DNA from: Octopus sinensis | Lineage: Eukaryota | NCBI RefSeq assembly: GCF_006345805.1 | Contig: NW_021828798.1 | Span: 1 to 7,686, forward strand | DNA length: 7,686 nt | Direction of reading: 5' to 3' | Shown here: in pieces, positions 6,191-7,686 of the stretch | How positions within the stretch are numbered: position 1 is the first letter of the stretch | Layout: every line of letters begins with the position of its first letter | The notes under the pieces: model-generated | The model's input: the letters and a program-made list of their open reading frames with translations, nothing else | The model's database searches: none | What the model was told of the DNA's origin: nothing | Translations under genes and position numbers: made by a program

Positions 6191-6265
6191 TTGCCTCGAT
6201 GACTGAAGAGATGCCGGTGCAGGTTTCTGCCCCAACATCCGAAACTCGGAGTTTTATCATGGCAA
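6191..6265 (+). ncRNA. Type I hammerhead ribozyme candidate (Penelope/retrozyme type)
   Basis: Core CUGAAGA at 6203-6209 and GAAA at 6241-6244. Stem II is GAUG/CAUC (one extra C), extended by GG/CC and GCAG-guuu-CUGC. Stem III is ACUC-g-GAGU (6244-6252). H17=U at 6253. Stem I is 6198-6202/6254-6258 (5 bp including one GU) plus UUGCC/GGCAA (6191-6195/6261-6265) across a 2x2 internal loop. Confidence 0.8.
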
Positions 6266-6358
6266 CCGAATAATTGTCCCATTTTATTTTACGAATAAAT
6301 TCCACTAGTTACATAATATCAAGGGCTCTTTTATTCTTTTGGTTTTTATTACCATTAC

Positions 6359-6361
<3 letters not shown>

Positions 6362-6396
<35 letters not shown>
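6362..6396. repeat. (TA)n microsatellite
   Basis: Direct inspection. Confidence 0.97.
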
Positions 6397-6399
<3 letters not shown>

Positions 6400-7169
6400 A
6401 AAAAATGCATTGTAAATAAAGATACGGAGGCTCTTTAATTCTTCATCCGTTATTAACCAGAATAGTAATACTCAGTTTCGTACCTTTAATGATGAGGCTG
6501 ATGGGGGCTTCCCATTTTGGCGGTGCCTGTGACGCACAAGTTTCACATGTGTAAATTTATATTAAAATCAAAATGAAGGAAGTGTTTTGAGAACTTTATC
6601 ATAGAGAAAAAGAAAAAAAGTATTTACACTTTCATCGAAACATGCTACCAGTTTCAGTCGCGTAAAATGACGATTTAGTTATGCAACAATAACGAAAAAA
6701 AATAAAAGAGATAAAACGTAAAAACGAATTAAAATAAAATGAATTAACTTAAGCTTTCATGGTATCAGTTCTGGAAGCTCACATGTTTTTCTTACAAAAA
6801 TCACATTGTGTTGTCAGTTGGTTTCCTTCTGTTTGTTGCTGGGTCGTATGTATAAATGTGTGGTGCGAAAGCGAGCGAGCTAGAGCGAGAGAGAAGTAAA
6901 AAGAAAGAGAAGTAGATAGATAGTGAGGTAGATAGATGCATAAGTTATTGTAGAACAATAAGTGACATAATATCCGTTGCTAGAGTATCACGAAAGGGTG
7001 GGGTATGTTATTCCTTCAAGTGAAACTATCTCTATGTAAGATAAGTCAGAGAGTTAAAATTCTGGCGGATGTTGGGGGAAACTGGAGATTTTTCACCGGA
7101 AGCTCTTGTTCTTGTACGTCAATAGGAGCTTGTCAATGGTGCAGTGGCAGATAGAATGATGGCGTAATT

Positions 7170-7198
7170 GGAGGAGGAGGAGGAGGAGGTAGAGGAGG
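7170..7198. repeat. (GGA)n microsatellite
   Basis: Direct inspection. Confidence 0.9.
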
Positions 7199-7351
7199 CG
7201 GAAGAGGTTAGGAATGAGTGGTAGGAGTTAAAATAGTGAAGTAGGAGATGAAAAGTAGTGATAGAAGTTAAAAGGAGCGTACGTGTGTATGCGTGCATTT
7301 GCGGTTTCTGCGCTTCCAAATACGTGTATTTGTATGTTTGCATAGGTGTGC

Positions 7352-7459
7352 AGTGAGTGAGTGAGTGAGTGAGTGGGTGTGTGAGTGAGTGAGTGAGTGA
7401 GTGAGTGAGTGAGTGGGTGTGTGAGTGAGTGAGTGAGTGAGTGAGAGTGAGAGAGAGAG
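7352..7459. repeat. (GAGT)n tetranucleotide array with two identical GGGTGT interruptions
   Basis: Interruptions at 7375-7380 and 7415-7420 are exactly 40 bp apart. Confidence 0.93.
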
Positions 7460-7495
7460 GAAGAAGATACTGTGAATTAGAAGGAAAGTGTGAAA

Positions 7496-7564
7496 ATATA
7501 TATGTATATATGTATATATGTATATACAATATATATATATTTATACGTATATATATATATATAT
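7496..7564. repeat. (TA)n-rich microsatellite
   Basis: Direct inspection. Confidence 0.9.
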
Positions 7565-7686
7565 TAATCAGCCGAAATATGCTAATATGATCTGGTTCTG
7601 ACTGATGACTGAGGGCTTGGAATGTCCCGTCCTGTGGTTCTTGTGTCGTCTCTGGGTGTTCATGTTTTGTCCATGTCTGTATTTAA

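Noticed and set aside
6230-7077. 12-bp inverted match ccccaacatccg (6230-6241) / cggatgttgggg (7066-7077)
   Set aside because: A few 12-mer matches are expected by chance in 7.7 kb, and the match barely extends.
7568-7645. CUGAUGA at 7602-7608 as a functional hammerhead
   Set aside because: There is no downstream GAAA or stem III. The upstream GAAA (7574-7577) gives a type II layout with H17=G and no proper stem I or II. At most a deleted remnant.

Overview
Eukaryotic, repeat-saturated non-coding DNA. The tRNA-derived SINE sequences look like the abundant octopus/cephalopod families; this is from recall, not a search. No host protein-coding gene is supported, and nearly all track ORFs are microsatellite read-through, SINE sequence or pieces of the decayed Tc1 transposase. 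The window holds: (i) a nested insertion stack at 198-1146, including two ~232-bp SINE copies in inverted orientation that each have their own target-site duplication and share a 106-bp perfectly identical core; (ii) many microsatellites; (iii) two further tRNA-type SINE families; (iv) a 3'-truncated, decayed Tc1-type transposon (4324-5203); and (v) three separate type I hammerhead-ribozyme-like motifs of the Penelope/retrozyme style (3561-3600 +, 4215-4250 -, 6191-6265 +), each beside a TA/CA microsatellite. The motif at 6191-6265 folds into a nearly complete hammerhead. A possible decayed Penelope-like reverse transcriptase fragment lies at the left edge. All folds and alignments were done by eye.
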